A stretch of 64,000 nt of DNA from a virus (taxonomy: Duplodnaviria; Caudoviricetes). Below are positions 18,434 through 28,424 of the stretch, piece after piece. The stretch is taken from IMG/VR virus record IMGVR_UViG_3300024229_000651; one strand, 5' to 3'. The position numbers and the translations under genes are program-made. Position 1 is the stretch's first letter. Each line of letters begins with the position of its first letter. The notes beneath the pieces are model-generated. The model searched no databases and was not told the DNA's origin. It was given only the letters and a program-made list of their open reading frames with translations.

Positions 18434-18607
18434 TTACCGGGCGCTATCGGAAGGTCTTTTGGAAATGAACGAATTAAGTTTTTCTGCTTCTGAAATAATA
18501 TCTTCAGTTGACGGCATATTTTCAGGCTTACTGGATTTCGCTTGAAGAATTAATCTTGCTTCCTGAATAAGCTCTAATCTAATTTCATACGGGGTTTTAC
18601 TCGACAC
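18434..18607 (-). CDS. 57-aa hypothetical phage protein (not in ORF track)
   Basis: TAGGAG RBS and GTG start; MSSKTPYEIRLELIQEARLILQAK...EDIISEAEKLNSFISKR. Confidence 0.75.
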   Translation of the reverse strand: MSSKTPYEIRLELIQEARLILQAKSSKPENMPSTEDIISEAEKLNSFISKRPSDSAR

Positions 18608-18656
18608 TTAACTGCTCCTACAACAATATTAATATTCTATTTTAGTCCTACACCAT

Positions 18657-18663
18657 TATTTAT
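18657..18663 (-). promoter_or_regulatory. Late-type promoter ATAAATA
   Basis: Upstream of the 18607 GTG gene. Confidence 0.5.
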
Positions 18664-18664
18664 C

Positions 18665-19369
18665 TTATTTAAACAATTTTCCGGACATATACTTTCGATG
18701 CATTACGTTTATATCACACACATCTTCAACCGATGCCGTTAGAATAACTCTGTCAATATCCGACTCTTCGTTATAACCACGATGCATATGTAGAGTATTC
18801 TGAAACCCAGGAACAGTCTGGTTAGTCCATTCCGAAAGTATTTCTGCGTCAGGCAATTCGTCTCGGCTAACGTGCCGCATTCTGTCATACTCTACGGGAT
18901 CAACATCCTTGAATCTAGGAAAGGTTGCCCATTGAGCTTTACTGTTAACAAAATCACCTGACATAGGGAAATTTAATCCGCATCGTCTATCATGGTATGT
19001 TGGACCTTCTGTATGCCATCGACCACTTAACCCCGCGGGTGTTCTTAGCATAACTACATGTGTAAATTTTACGTTTAAAGTGTCGTGCAACCATTCTTTT
19101 AATAATTTAGACAAATCTAAATTTGCCTCTTCGTACATGCCTACCGCAGATGGATCACGCTTATTAAATTTAGAACCTTCGTACGGAATAAAACTGTGAT
19201 ACCAGTTTGCTAGATTAGTTCGTGTTTTGCCTAATGCTACTTCTGGACTTTTTGATTCCAATGCTGTTGACTGTCGAACATCTTCTGGTATTAAAAACGG
19301 CTCTAGATCAAAAGGAGGCATCGGCAACTCCGGAACTTCAAAATAATAAGGCATATGTTCTTTAGACAT
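18665..19369 (-). CDS. DSBH oxygenase-like protein, paralog A
   Basis: GRWHTEG, CGLNFPM, MHRGYN...RVIL. Confidence 0.55.
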   Translation of the reverse strand: MSKEHMPYYFEVPELPMPPFDLEPFLIPEDVRQSTALESKSPEVALGKTRTNLANWYHSFIPYEGSKFNKRDPSAVGMYEEANLDLSKLLKEWLHDTLNVKFTHVVMLRTPAGLSGRWHTEGPTYHDRRCGLNFPMSGDFVNSKAQWATFPRFKDVDPVEYDRMRHVSRDELPDAEILSEWTNQTVPGFQNTLHMHRGYNEESDIDRVILTASVEDVCDINVMHRKYMSGKLFK

Positions 19370-19943
19370 TAATTAATTCTCCAGCCGTATACGCTTCGTA
19401 GACGTCTTGTATTGGGTTATTTAGTGCGGCACTTACAACTATTCTATTCTCATCTGTAAAATTAAATACACGATGCCAATGCATTGTATTATATACAGTA
19501 GCTTGGTTTTGTGTCATTCTATGTTCACTTAATATTTCCATATTCTCATTTTCCCACCAAGCGCCTTTAGTATCATTTAGTAGAATATCATCTTCGTTTA
19601 TTTTACTCCATTGCACATACGAATTCACAAAGTCTCCTGAAATCATAAAGTTTAGTGCACACTGCCTTCCAAATAGATTAGGACCCTCGCTATGCCATGG
19701 ACTCGAACCGTTTGCATTTGTGTTCAACAGTGTAATTGACCCGATCTTAATGTTAAGTTTTTCATCCAAATACTGCTTGATCGCTGCATGCCAATCTGTT
19801 GGGACAGCTCTATACTGGAATGTGTTGCCTCCCATGCCTTTACCAGATGGGCTAAGGAAGTCCATCGGGTGTTGTTTGTATGGCATACTGCTGAATTCTG
19901 CAGGAAGCTGTAGTTGTGGTATATCAAAATAGTAAGGAATCAT
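19362..19943 (-). CDS. DSBH oxygenase-like protein, paralog B
   Basis: SPWHSEG, CALNFMI, WHRVFN...RIVV. Confidence 0.55.
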   Translation of the reverse strand: MIPYYFDIPQLQLPAEFSSMPYKQHPMDFLSPSGKGMGGNTFQYRAVPTDWHAAIKQYLDEKLNIKIGSITLLNTNANGSSPWHSEGPNLFGRQCALNFMISGDFVNSYVQWSKINEDDILLNDTKGAWWENENMEILSEHRMTQNQATVYNTMHWHRVFNFTDENRIVVSAALNNPIQDVYEAYTAGELINV

Positions 19944-19949
19944 AGTAAA

Positions 19950-19956
19950 TATTTAT
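19950..19956 (-). promoter_or_regulatory. Late-type promoter ATAAATA
   Basis: 6 nt before ATG 19943. Confidence 0.7.
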
Positions 19957-19970
19957 CTATGGGTAGATAA

Positions 19971-20999
19971 CTAGCGAGTTTTACTGATAGATATGTCGCT
20001 TAAATTATTACAAAATTCAAACGGGCACACAGTTTCACTTATTGGCAAGTCCCAGTTTTCGATCTGTGTAATATTACCAAAGCTCTTTGCACCGCACCAA
20101 CTACTAATAACCTCACCATTCATATCTATGTTAATGCTATCATAGCCTAATTCACATTTCATGCCTTTAAACTTGTTTAAGCCTTCATTAATAATCTGGT
20201 GGCTCTGTACGTAATGAGTAGATCCGTCGTCATACAAAAATTCTGTACTCCAAAATCTAGGGTGGTCTTGACTGTCGTCATGATCCTGTTGATCTTGTTG
20301 TACCGGTTCCGGAGGTCTAGGTAGTAATCCCGGTCGCTGTAAAATAGCCATTTCATCATCAGTGTAGGCGTAATAAGGATCTTGGTTATTATCGTTGTCG
20401 CCTAAGTATTTGTTGTACAGTGTTTTTACAGTAATATTAACATCATAAATACTTTGCTGTTCGTTGTCTATAAATAACTCACGCAATCTATCTGCAACTG
20501 TGCCTAACTCTTGTACTTGTCCACCTACTCCGGCAATATTTAAATCTATAGTACAATGACCTATTAGTGTTTTAACGACAGCAAATAAATGATCTTCGTC
20601 CATAGTGAGCGGGTGATATGTTATCACAACACCCGATAAATATTCTCTAGCTTCTTCCCACCAGTCTACAGTTCTGCTACCATTAGTGTATATTGTACAA
20701 CTTGAATTATAAGAATGTATTTTTTCAATAATCTTTTCAAATCCAGGTATAGTTGTAACTTCGCCACCAATTAATTCCCAGTGCATGAAGCGACTTTGAT
20801 TACGTTTGTAATGCGTTGATATTTTGTCTACAATGTCTAAATATTGTTGTGTAGACATCCAAGATCTAGAACCATTGTGCAATTCAGTTGGACAATAATC
20901 ACAACTAAAATTACACACATTACCCATACTCCATTGTATCTTAACTGCACGATCTGGGTCAGTAGTATGAGGTCCTTTGACAGATATTAGATTGGCCAT
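19971..20999 (-). CDS. Radical SAM enzyme with C-terminal SPASM/twitch-like Cys cluster
   Basis: CNFSCDYC, IGGEVT, TNGS, C-terminal CELG...SWC...CPFEFC. Confidence 0.88.
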   Translation of the reverse strand: MANLISVKGPHTTDPDRAVKIQWSMGNVCNFSCDYCPTELHNGSRSWMSTQQYLDIVDKISTHYKRNQSRFMHWELIGGEVTTIPGFEKIIEKIHSYNSSCTIYTNGSRTVDWWEEAREYLSGVVITYHPLTMDEDHLFAVVKTLIGHCTIDLNIAGVGGQVQELGTVADRLRELFIDNEQQSIYDVNITVKTLYNKYLGDNDNNQDPYYAYTDDEMAILQRPGLLPRPPEPVQQDQQDHDDSQDHPRFWSTEFLYDDGSTHYVQSHQIINEGLNKFKGMKCELGYDSINIDMNGEVISSWCGAKSFGNITQIENWDLPISETVCPFEFCNNLSDISISKTR

Positions 21000-21004
21000 G
21001 CATA

Positions 21005-21011
21005 TATTTAT
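21005..21011 (-). promoter_or_regulatory. Late-type promoter ATAAATA
   Basis: 5 nt before ATG 20999. Confidence 0.7.
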
Positions 21012-21020
21012 CTTAATATA

Positions 21021-21959
21021 CTACTTGACAAAAGGATACACAAGGTCATTCCAAAATTCTCTGTGTGCAAATGCATGTGGGTGAGATCCTATACTTACTT
21101 CATTAGCCATTTCATCGAAATCGTACGGAGTTTTATCGGGATATTTTTTTGTGTAATAATCTATAATATTTTCATTTGTTATCAAATACGGCTTCACATA
21201 TCTGTCGTATTTTGCTTGGCAATAATTTAACCAATCAGTTGGTAAGTTATCCCACCCATGAAAATACCCCAACTTAATGTTGTTTAATTTACAGTATTGT
21301 GATAGTATTTGTAATTGATCTAATGCTCGGATATAGTATTCGTTAATGTCTGCACAGTAGTCTGCGTAGTACGCACTATAGATTCTTAGCTTATCCTTAC
21401 TTTCCTCTCTTTCTACCATCTGTACATTAATATCTCCAGATTGCTTAATGTATGTAATCTCGCCCAGACGGTATATGTCATATTCCGATCTTTCTCTAAT
21501 TGTTATGTCTAAGTCACGTTGATTTAAGGTTAACACTTCTCTTCTAGCAAAACCGGTTATCTGATATACAACTGTATCAACATCTGAATGGTTTTCCAAG
21601 TAATTAATTACCGCTCTGGCGGATAAACTATTACTTGCTGAACCTTCCCCAGCAAAACATATCCTATATTGATCAACATTTAACATTTTACATTTTTGTA
21701 TGAACGCTAGAGAATCGTATTCCGGGTCATCAACTCCGTGATACTGGGTGTGCCACTTACGTTGCATTCGTAAAGGGTCTTGTGTAGTCCTTGGGTTGGG
21801 GCACTGTGCTGGATCGCCTAAGCCGCATGCATTCAGACCAAAATGATCAAGGCTTCCGTCAGAATCGTATATTGGTTCATATGCTAAAGGTCGTGCGCAA
21901 TAAGCCCAGCTATCACCGCTATGAGTAAAACTGCATCCACCAAATACTAAGTGTCTCAT
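21021..21959 (-). CDS. SGNH-like protein
   Basis: FGGCSFTHSG, GEGSASN, GSHPH. Confidence 0.55.
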   Translation of the reverse strand: MRHLVFGGCSFTHSGDSWAYCARPLAYEPIYDSDGSLDHFGLNACGLGDPAQCPNPRTTQDPLRMQRKWHTQYHGVDDPEYDSLAFIQKCKMLNVDQYRICFAGEGSASNSLSARAVINYLENHSDVDTVVYQITGFARREVLTLNQRDLDITIRERSEYDIYRLGEITYIKQSGDINVQMVEREESKDKLRIYSAYYADYCADINEYYIRALDQLQILSQYCKLNNIKLGYFHGWDNLPTDWLNYCQAKYDRYVKPYLITNENIIDYYTKKYPDKTPYDFDEMANEVSIGSHPHAFAHREFWNDLVYPFVK

Positions 21960-22813
21960 TTTATCGAATCTATCAAGTCTGCTATTACCTGTTGAGTTGC
22001 CATAGGATCAAACGTCATAACTGCATCAACTTTTTTCCAGTCAGTATCTTTCCAAACCTTGCCTTGTTGTACCCAATTATACACTTCTGTCATTTCTGTA
22101 GGAATTGGGAAGTCGGCATGATGATTAATTATAACATCTTTAGCAAGATCATTCTCATACCCTTGTTTGCAAAATCCGTGCGTTACATTGAAAAACTCTA
22201 CGCACTGGCTGTTTGTCTCGTTGGCAAATATTTTAGATTTCTCACTGCTAGTCCAGTTATCATCTGAGCCGTGATATAATTTAACATTATAGTTTTTAGC
22301 ATTATAAAACGCAGATTCAAACGGCCATAAATTTCCATAACAGAGAGCAAAAAAAGCATCGTCGGATAAATTATCCATATGATGACCTAGTATTTGTGCA
22401 AGTGTGTCGGCTCCCCAACTGAAACCAACAAAGGAAATTCTATTAATATTAATTACTTGAAAGAGACTGTCTATATTACTCTTTATATAGTCAACCGCTT
22501 TCATAGTTTCAAATGCCCGTACTTTAGGACTGATATAACTACTCTGACTATCCCAACTCAAAGAACTAATATTTCTGCCTGTAAAACTGTCTACACACAG
22601 GCATGCAATGCCCGCATCAGTTAAACTGTCCACAAACAGTTCTGTGTCACTGCCTAATCCACCACTGCCGTGGCTGATCACACATAAAGGCGTGTCGCCT
22701 GTAAATTTGTTAGGTATAATAACTTCACAGCCAATATCTATTTCAGTGTTGTCCCAAAATATGTTTCGTTGGCTTTTAACGCTGAACAGAATTCGCTTTA
22801 TGTATTTTTTCAT
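21956..22813 (-). CDS. Alpha/beta hydrolase (dienelactone hydrolase-like)
   Basis: ISHGSGG, VGFSWGA, YHGSDDNWT, THGF. Confidence 0.8.
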   Translation of the reverse strand: MKKYIKRILFSVKSQRNIFWDNTEIDIGCEVIIPNKFTGDTPLCVISHGSGGLGSDTELFVDSLTDAGIACLCVDSFTGRNISSLSWDSQSSYISPKVRAFETMKAVDYIKSNIDSLFQVININRISFVGFSWGADTLAQILGHHMDNLSDDAFFALCYGNLWPFESAFYNAKNYNVKLYHGSDDNWTSSEKSKIFANETNSQCVEFFNVTHGFCKQGYENDLAKDVIINHHADFPIPTEMTEVYNWVQQGKVWKDTDWKKVDAVMTFDPMATQQVIADLIDSIK

Positions 22814-23414
22814 CTGATATCTCTTTAAACTTACTGTGATGTATTTTCCATGATACTTGGGGTACTTTATAGAATTCGAATATACCTTCTGGCTCTGCTA
22901 TACCTTTTCTCATCCACCAGTTTCGTTTTATGTAATCTGTTATTTGTGTTGTACTTTTTACATAACTTCCTGAGTACGATTTGTTTGCTAGAGTTGTGCC
23001 AAACGTTGCAACAAAGTCTTTCTGTTTAGATGCCCAGTCACAATTAAAATAAAGTAGCCCGTCGAATTCTGGCATAATGGTCCTGTCGAACCTTGCTCTG
23101 TAATTCATTGGTATATCTGCGTTAGGTATTCGAGCGAGGCGAGTCCAAACACGATAATATCCTTGTTTGTATTCGGGCATGTGTTCTACACCGCCTACTG
23201 CATAAATTTTGTTTGTATGCATATGTACCATACAATGGTACTTAACTTTGTCTACCTTCATAGCATCAAGTGATTCGTTACTAACGTATCCTAGTGATTT
23301 AGCGACAGAACAAAACTCTTCTAATTCTTTTTGCCACGCAGGAGTATATTCTATACACCCAATTTGTCCATCGAAAAATGTTCTTAATGTTTCTGTATCG
23401 GCCATATCATCCAT
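22776..23414 (-). CDS. Hypothetical protein (possible GNAT-like fold)
   Basis: Long ORF, start near MDDMADTE; IYAVGG...RVWTRL weakly GNAT-like. Confidence 0.45.
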   Translation of the reverse strand: MDDMADTETLRTFFDGQIGCIEYTPAWQKELEEFCSVAKSLGYVSNESLDAMKVDKVKYHCMVHMHTNKIYAVGGVEHMPEYKQGYYRVWTRLARIPNADIPMNYRARFDRTIMPEFDGLLYFNCDWASKQKDFVATFGTTLANKSYSGSYVKSTTQITDYIKRNWWMRKGIAEPEGIFEFYKVPQVSWKIHHSKFKEISDEKIHKANSVQR

Positions 23415-24151
23415 CTTCCTACATCGAGTTCGTACCAACGAGTGCTAAAAGATAGCCTTCTTGGAACTGCATGATGATTATTATGTAAACTTTCTCCCCA
23501 AGTAAGGAAAACAAACCAAGGATTATTTGTGCTGTTGTTTTTAGTTTCTGTGGTGTAGTACGTAAGTTTACTGATAGGTGTATGCCCAAATACGTTAACA
23601 AATCCACTAATGAACACAGACAATATACTAGCATTAAGACTAGAAAGGATTAACATTCCATCATATTGCCACCAACTTAACAAAGCAATAACAAGCAAAT
23701 TTGTTATTACTAATAACGCATAATTCTTATGGCACCAAAGGGAATATTGATCTAGTGTTCGTCGAATTTTATATATTTCTTTTGTTGCGAAAGCATGATT
23801 GTCTTTTTGAAATATCCACCCAATAAACGCATACCATTTACCTTTAGTAGGCGTGTGCACATCCTTATCACTATCTGTATGTGCATGGTGACTTCTATTG
23901 TGTAATAATGTCCAAGTAACCGGTGATCCTTGGGCTCCTTGACAACCTAAGTACAATAATGCTTTTCTTATAAACTCGTATGTGGTAAAACTTTTATGAC
24001 TATGCAATCTATGAAATCCTACGCTTATTCCATAACCGCTGTATAATACTGTGAAAACAAAAGTAGATACAAAAAGATGGGATGTGCCATAAACTACTGA
24101 CCATATTAAGCTGGCGAGACAAGCTGGCAAGAAGATCATATAGAATAGCAT
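23384..24151 (-). CDS. Membrane fatty acid desaturase, copy 1
   Basis: His boxes HRLHSH, HNRSHH, HNNHH; GESLH; TM segments. Confidence 0.88.
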   Translation of the reverse strand: MLFYMIFLPACLASLIWSVVYGTSHLFVSTFVFTVLYSGYGISVGFHRLHSHKSFTTYEFIRKALLYLGCQGAQGSPVTWTLLHNRSHHAHTDSDKDVHTPTKGKWYAFIGWIFQKDNHAFATKEIYKIRRTLDQYSLWCHKNYALLVITNLLVIALLSWWQYDGMLILSSLNASILSVFISGFVNVFGHTPISKLTYYTTETKNNSTNNPWFVFLTWGESLHNNHHAVPRRLSFSTRWYELDVGRWMIWPIQKH

Positions 24152-24960
24152 TACTGCAAAACTCCTTTAATCACCCAGCCACTAATATCTATTTCAGACC
24201 AATGCTGACTGTTACTAACTGCTTTCCATTGTCTATGGTGATTATTATGTAACATTTCACCCCAAGTTAAGATAGACCCAACTCTGTTGTTCACACTGTT
24301 ATCTTTAGTTTCGTGGTTCCTATAACCGAACCACGGCATATGGCTAAGTGCTGTTACCAAACTTGTGTTTAGCAGTGTAAACCATACGCCAATTGCAAAT
24401 CCATAGAATGCTAACTCTACACTAAACAACGATATCAACACAAGAGTGCCTAGATTAATCGCAATGTGATAGTCATTTAATATTGTATAATACTTATTAT
24501 TTACAAAATTACGCTTAATATATTTCACTAGTGTGCGGCGATCAATAGCACTATCAAATTCGTATTGGTGTTTATGCCATATTAGAAAACTGTGCCAAAA
24601 GCCTTTTATAGGGGAATGGGGGTCCTCTGGTTTATCACTATGTTTATGGTGGCCTACTTCGTGAATCATAACCCAAGGAAAAATACTACCATATCCGTTA
24701 AAAATAGATAATGTAGTAACAATATATTCTTTCCATTTGGGCATATCGAATGAGGCATGGCTCCAATATCTGTGCAACCCTATAGCCATGCCTACACAAC
24801 CAAATAAGAAATAAAACGCTACTGTTGACCACAGCCAACTGTAGGATTGCGTGTATAGCAATGTTACTAAGGATGCAATTCCAATAAGATGTACTGGAAC
24901 AGTGTAACACCAAAAATTGGTGTTTGCTTTATCGTTAAAAAAGTTTGTTAATAAATTCAA
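24151..24960 (-). CDS. Membrane fatty acid desaturase, copy 2
   Basis: HRYWSH, HEVGHH, DPHSP, GEMLHNNHH. Confidence 0.88.
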   Translation of the reverse strand: MNLLTNFFNDKANTNFWCYTVPVHLIGIASLVTLLYTQSYSWLWSTVAFYFLFGCVGMAIGLHRYWSHASFDMPKWKEYIVTTLSIFNGYGSIFPWVMIHEVGHHKHSDKPEDPHSPIKGFWHSFLIWHKHQYEFDSAIDRRTLVKYIKRNFVNNKYYTILNDYHIAINLGTLVLISLFSVELAFYGFAIGVWFTLLNTSLVTALSHMPWFGYRNHETKDNSVNNRVGSILTWGEMLHNNHHRQWKAVSNSQHWSEIDISGWVIKGVLQ

Positions 24961-25888
24961 AATCGGCTCCGTGGTGTTCTTCCAACATTTGTTTCAATGC
25001 TGTATCAACTTTTACAGTGTATTGTAAACTGGCGAATTTCATTGTTAAGTAGCCGAATTGGGCAATACGTTGTCTAAGTTCTTTATCGTATTTATCATGT
25101 CCGAAAAAAGTTTTTAAAAGTTCTATGCCGATTAGTTTTTCTGTCGTAGGTTCTATGTCAAAACCAGCTTGACGTATAGTTCGTATTTCCGATTGGTAAT
25201 ATCTGTGCGGGGCATTATCTACAAAAGACTGAGTAGGAGACTTTAGCACCGCTCCATAACTTTCTGTAAATAGCCAACTGGTATACATATTGACATCATG
25301 CTCTTGAAAATTTGTATATTCTTTACCGAAGAAAGAGGCTGCATGTTCCTGTGTTTCGTGTGGCACAAAAGGCATGAAGCCATTATTTTTAGATCGTGTC
25401 CACTCACTGTTACTTACATGCATCATGAAGCCTGGATATACTATACAGCAGTCTGGCAACATATCAAAAAACTTCCCCATGATTGTCATCTGGGGCTGTG
25501 TTGTAGGAAAATGTTCTGCATAGTATTCTATTTCATTTTCAAAAAGGTGAGGTACATCAATATGAAATAGTTCATATGGTATATTTCTTTTTTTGCAGTA
25601 TTGTATTGTGCAGTCATTTTCTCGTTTGGAAAGATCATTACTTAATACAGGTATAGCCGCAACAAAATCTATTCCAGCCATTATAAATCCTTGCATGGCT
25701 ATCTGTGCGTACATGTGCTGAACACTATAATCTTGTATCACATATAATGGTTTCGTAAACTTTTTCCTAATTTTTCTTGCAGTGTTTACTGCTTCCTGCA
25801 TAGGAGTACCAGGTTTGGCATCAGGTGCATTCATCATCATGTCTACATTCTGACCACCACTAAATTCAGTAAAAGATATACCCCTCAC
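24935..25888 (-). CDS. Hypothetical protein, possible degenerate adenine-nucleotide alpha-hydrolase fold
   Basis: 317-aa ORF; AGIDF...CKKRNIPYELFHID spacing resembles this fold but SGGxDS is absent. Confidence 0.4.
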   Translation of the reverse strand: MRGISFTEFSGGQNVDMMMNAPDAKPGTPMQEAVNTARKIRKKFTKPLYVIQDYSVQHMYAQIAMQGFIMAGIDFVAAIPVLSNDLSKRENDCTIQYCKKRNIPYELFHIDVPHLFENEIEYYAEHFPTTQPQMTIMGKFFDMLPDCCIVYPGFMMHVSNSEWTRSKNNGFMPFVPHETQEHAASFFGKEYTNFQEHDVNMYTSWLFTESYGAVLKSPTQSFVDNAPHRYYQSEIRTIRQAGFDIEPTTEKLIGIELLKTFFGHDKYDKELRQRIAQFGYLTMKFASLQYTVKVDTALKQMLEEHHGADFEFINKLF

Positions 25889-27021
25889 AATGACTTCCTA
25901 TACAAATGCAAATCATTTAAATTGTATGTTCTTACCCATGGGTCACCGGGCTCTAAGAGTTTTATAGGCTTGCTCATAGGCATCCAATACTCTCTGATAC
26001 TAAACGGTGGAGAATCATACTCACGATTATAATATTTTTCTTTGCATTCTTCGTATGAAGGTTTACTGTCTATATCACATGATATCATGTGCATTTCAAA
26101 ATATTGCTCCCCATTAATATCAAATTGAAACCTGTGAAACATGGCTTGTCTATATTTAAACGTGCCGAATAGCCACCCTGTATTAATATCAAAATTAATG
26201 CCTCTAGGTAAATCTATCGAACAATCTATGACATCAGGATTTATAAACTCCGATAACAGACAATTACCGTATAAGTATGACACAGCATCTCCCTTCTTTA
26301 CAGGCAGTAATTGTTCCCCAGCTACATATCGCAAATTGGAAACAGGAAAAAACTCGTATAGTTTCCTGTTTTTTGTATCATCAGTGACTACTCTCTTTGC
26401 CCAACTTGCACTACGAATAAAAGAATCGCTGTAAAAATCTAGTCTGTGGTCAATATTAATATTCTCGTTTTGTGCAAGTTTATCTGCTATGTATACCGAA
26501 GCAATATTAGAATCGGGTTGATTGTCTACTATGTAGTCATAACAATCGATCCAATTAGTATTACCGGATTTATCCGAACTACCCACTTTTAAGGTGTTAT
26601 CTGCACCAGCTGGGCTTAAATCTAATACAGGTAACTTGTCTTGGCCGCCGGCGCAAACAACTGTGTGCCCGTATTCAATTAATTCCTGAACTCTATTGTC
26701 GATGAGATAGTTTCTAGGAGTTTGCCATGGGAAGCATATCACTGTAGGTGGTATGCATAGTGCATCGTCAATGGCCTCTAAAACATCGTGTAATGAACGT
26801 TTGGCTGTGATGCATACGCAACTAGTATGTTGAGGTTTGTAGCTGGAAACGATGTTTAAATCGTCGGAATTAATACTTACTATGTTGTTATTTGTGGTAA
26901 TATCCAACATTAAATCGTAATCGCTCAAATTATGATCTAACACATAAGTATTATTTCTTAACTCTTTTACAATTTTGTAATTATTATCGTTGAATGTTGT
27001 TGCTAACTGTATTACTATCAT
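25885..27021 (-). CDS. Subtilase-like protein lacking catalytic residues, with Ig-like segment
   Basis: VQELIEYGHTVVCAGGQ, SPAGADNTLKVGSSD; no GTS; LPRGINFDINTGWLFGT. Confidence 0.5.
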   Translation of the reverse strand: MIVIQLATTFNDNNYKIVKELRNNTYVLDHNLSDYDLMLDITTNNNIVSINSDDLNIVSSYKPQHTSCVCITAKRSLHDVLEAIDDALCIPPTVICFPWQTPRNYLIDNRVQELIEYGHTVVCAGGQDKLPVLDLSPAGADNTLKVGSSDKSGNTNWIDCYDYIVDNQPDSNIASVYIADKLAQNENINIDHRLDFYSDSFIRSASWAKRVVTDDTKNRKLYEFFPVSNLRYVAGEQLLPVKKGDAVSYLYGNCLLSEFINPDVIDCSIDLPRGINFDINTGWLFGTFKYRQAMFHRFQFDINGEQYFEMHMISCDIDSKPSYEECKEKYYNREYDSPPFSIREYWMPMSKPIKLLEPGDPWVRTYNLNDLHLYRKSL

Positions 27022-27027
27022 ACAGCA

Positions 27028-27034
27028 TATTTAT
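27028..27034 (-). promoter_or_regulatory. Late-type promoter ATAAATA
   Basis: 6 nt before ATG 27021. Confidence 0.7.
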
Positions 27035-27050
27035 ACTTGGCTGATATTAC

Positions 27051-27314
27051 TTATCCAGCAAACGTGGTGCTTGCGCCGTCTGCATTATGTCCACATGTAG
27101 CTGGGTCTCCTGCACGAACAACAGGCTTGCCTGTGGCAAATACACTTCCACTTGCTCCAACAATAACCGCAGATGCGTGGGGAGGATTGCCATGAGGGGC
27201 TACTTTATCCTGAATAAGTGACACTTTCTGTCCTTCACAGAATACTGTTGCTGACCCGGGGCCTGTGATTGTTGCTCCTGCTGTGTTAGCTGTTACTCTT
27301 GTTAATGCTGGCAT
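27051..27314 (-). CDS. PAAR-domain spike tip protein (T4 gp5.4-like)
   Basis: VFCEGQKV, HGNPPH, GKPVVRAGDPATCGH. Confidence 0.88.
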   Translation of the reverse strand: MPALTRVTANTAGATITGPGSATVFCEGQKVSLIQDKVAPHGNPPHASAVIVGASGSVFATGKPVVRAGDPATCGHNADGASTTFAG

Positions 27315-27331
27315 AATGTATCCTTTTGTTT

Positions 27332-27338
27332 TATTTAT
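27332..27338 (-). promoter_or_regulatory. Late-type promoter ATAAATA
   Basis: At the nrdB stop, upstream of AAGGA RBS of the PAAR gene. Confidence 0.65.
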
Positions 27339-28424
27339 CTATAAAGATAACCCACTAAATGTATTCTCGTCTACATCCTGTTTTGTGCCGCCAATTACAT
27401 AACTTGAGATTTCTGTTTCTTGTGGTGCGACTTGTACTTCTCCACCGCTAATCCACTTTTGTGTCCAGGGTAGCGGATTTGTTGGAACACTATACACTTT
27501 TTCCAAATTCAAAGATGACATTCGTTTACCTGCTATATGCTCAACATACTGCTTTAGCAATTCGCCGTTTAATCCAATAATACTACCATCTTTAAACAAA
27601 TAATCTGCCCATGCTTTTTCTTGTTCCACTGCATCGACGAACATCTGAGTACATTCTTCTTCTGTTTCTTTTGCAATATTCTCGAAGTCCGGATCATCTG
27701 TTTTTAATAATTTTAACATATGCTGGGTACTTGCTAAATGGATATTTTCATCTCTTGCAATTAACTTGATAATTTTAGCATTGCCTTCCATCTTCTTCAA
27801 TTCTGCAAATGCCCAAGAGCATGCAAATGATACATAAAACCGGACACCTTCTAAAATATTAACAGCCATTATAGCAAGATACAAAGCCTTCTTGTGATCG
27901 TACGATCCATACCGTTTAGGATTATTATTAAATTTAATAAGTTCGTCGTAGTACTTTGTAATACTATCTGCACAGTCAATAATCTCTTTTGTATGGTGCA
28001 TCTCATCAAATACTTTACTTGGGTTGCTATAGATATTACGTATAATATGAGTATAACTTCTACTGTGAATCGTTTCGCTAAATGCCCAAGTTTCAATCCA
28101 AGTTTCTAATTCTGGAATACTCACAATCGGTAAGAATGCTAAGTTTGGTGATCTACCCTGAACGCTGTCCAAAAGTATTTGTCTCTTCAAATTGCTTGTA
28201 AAAATGTGTTGCTCAAAATCTGTTAAATCCTTAAAGTCTTTGCTATCTTTAATAATGTCAACTTCCTCTGGTCTCCAAAAGAAGCCCAGTTGTTTATCAG
28301 TTAACTTATCAAATTGTCGATATTTAAGTGTATCGAATCGTTGCATGCCCATGCCGCCGTTCGGGTCTAGAAACATCCTTGCCTCTGTGTGCGCCGTCTT
28401 GTTTTTCATGTCTAACACTGTCAT
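27339..28424 (-). CDS. nrdB: Ribonucleotide reductase class Ia beta subunit
   Basis: FFWRPEEV, LLDSVQGR, ETIHSRSY, EGVRFYVSF, RDENIH; ATGA overlap with the nrdA stop. Confidence 0.97.
   Translation of the reverse strand: MTVLDMKNKTAHTEARMFLDPNGGMGMQRFDTLKYRQFDKLTDKQLGFFWRPEEVDIIKDSKDFKDLTDFEQHIFTSNLKRQILLDSVQGRSPNLAFLPIVSIPELETWIETWAFSETIHSRSYTHIIRNIYSNPSKVFDEMHHTKEIIDCADSITKYYDELIKFNNNPKRYGSYDHKKALYLAIMAVNILEGVRFYVSFACSWAFAELKKMEGNAKIIKLIARDENIHLASTQHMLKLLKTDDPDFENIAKETEEECTQMFVDAVEQEKAWADYLFKDGSIIGLNGELLKQYVEHIAGKRMSSLNLEKVYSVPTNPLPWTQKWISGGEVQVAPQETEISSYVIGGTKQDVDENTFSGLSL

Noticed and set aside
19971-20999. RiPP cluster built around the radical SAM enzyme
   Set aside because: No plausible precursor peptide, RRE domain or exporter nearby; the 57-aa ORF at 18434 lacks a recognisable core
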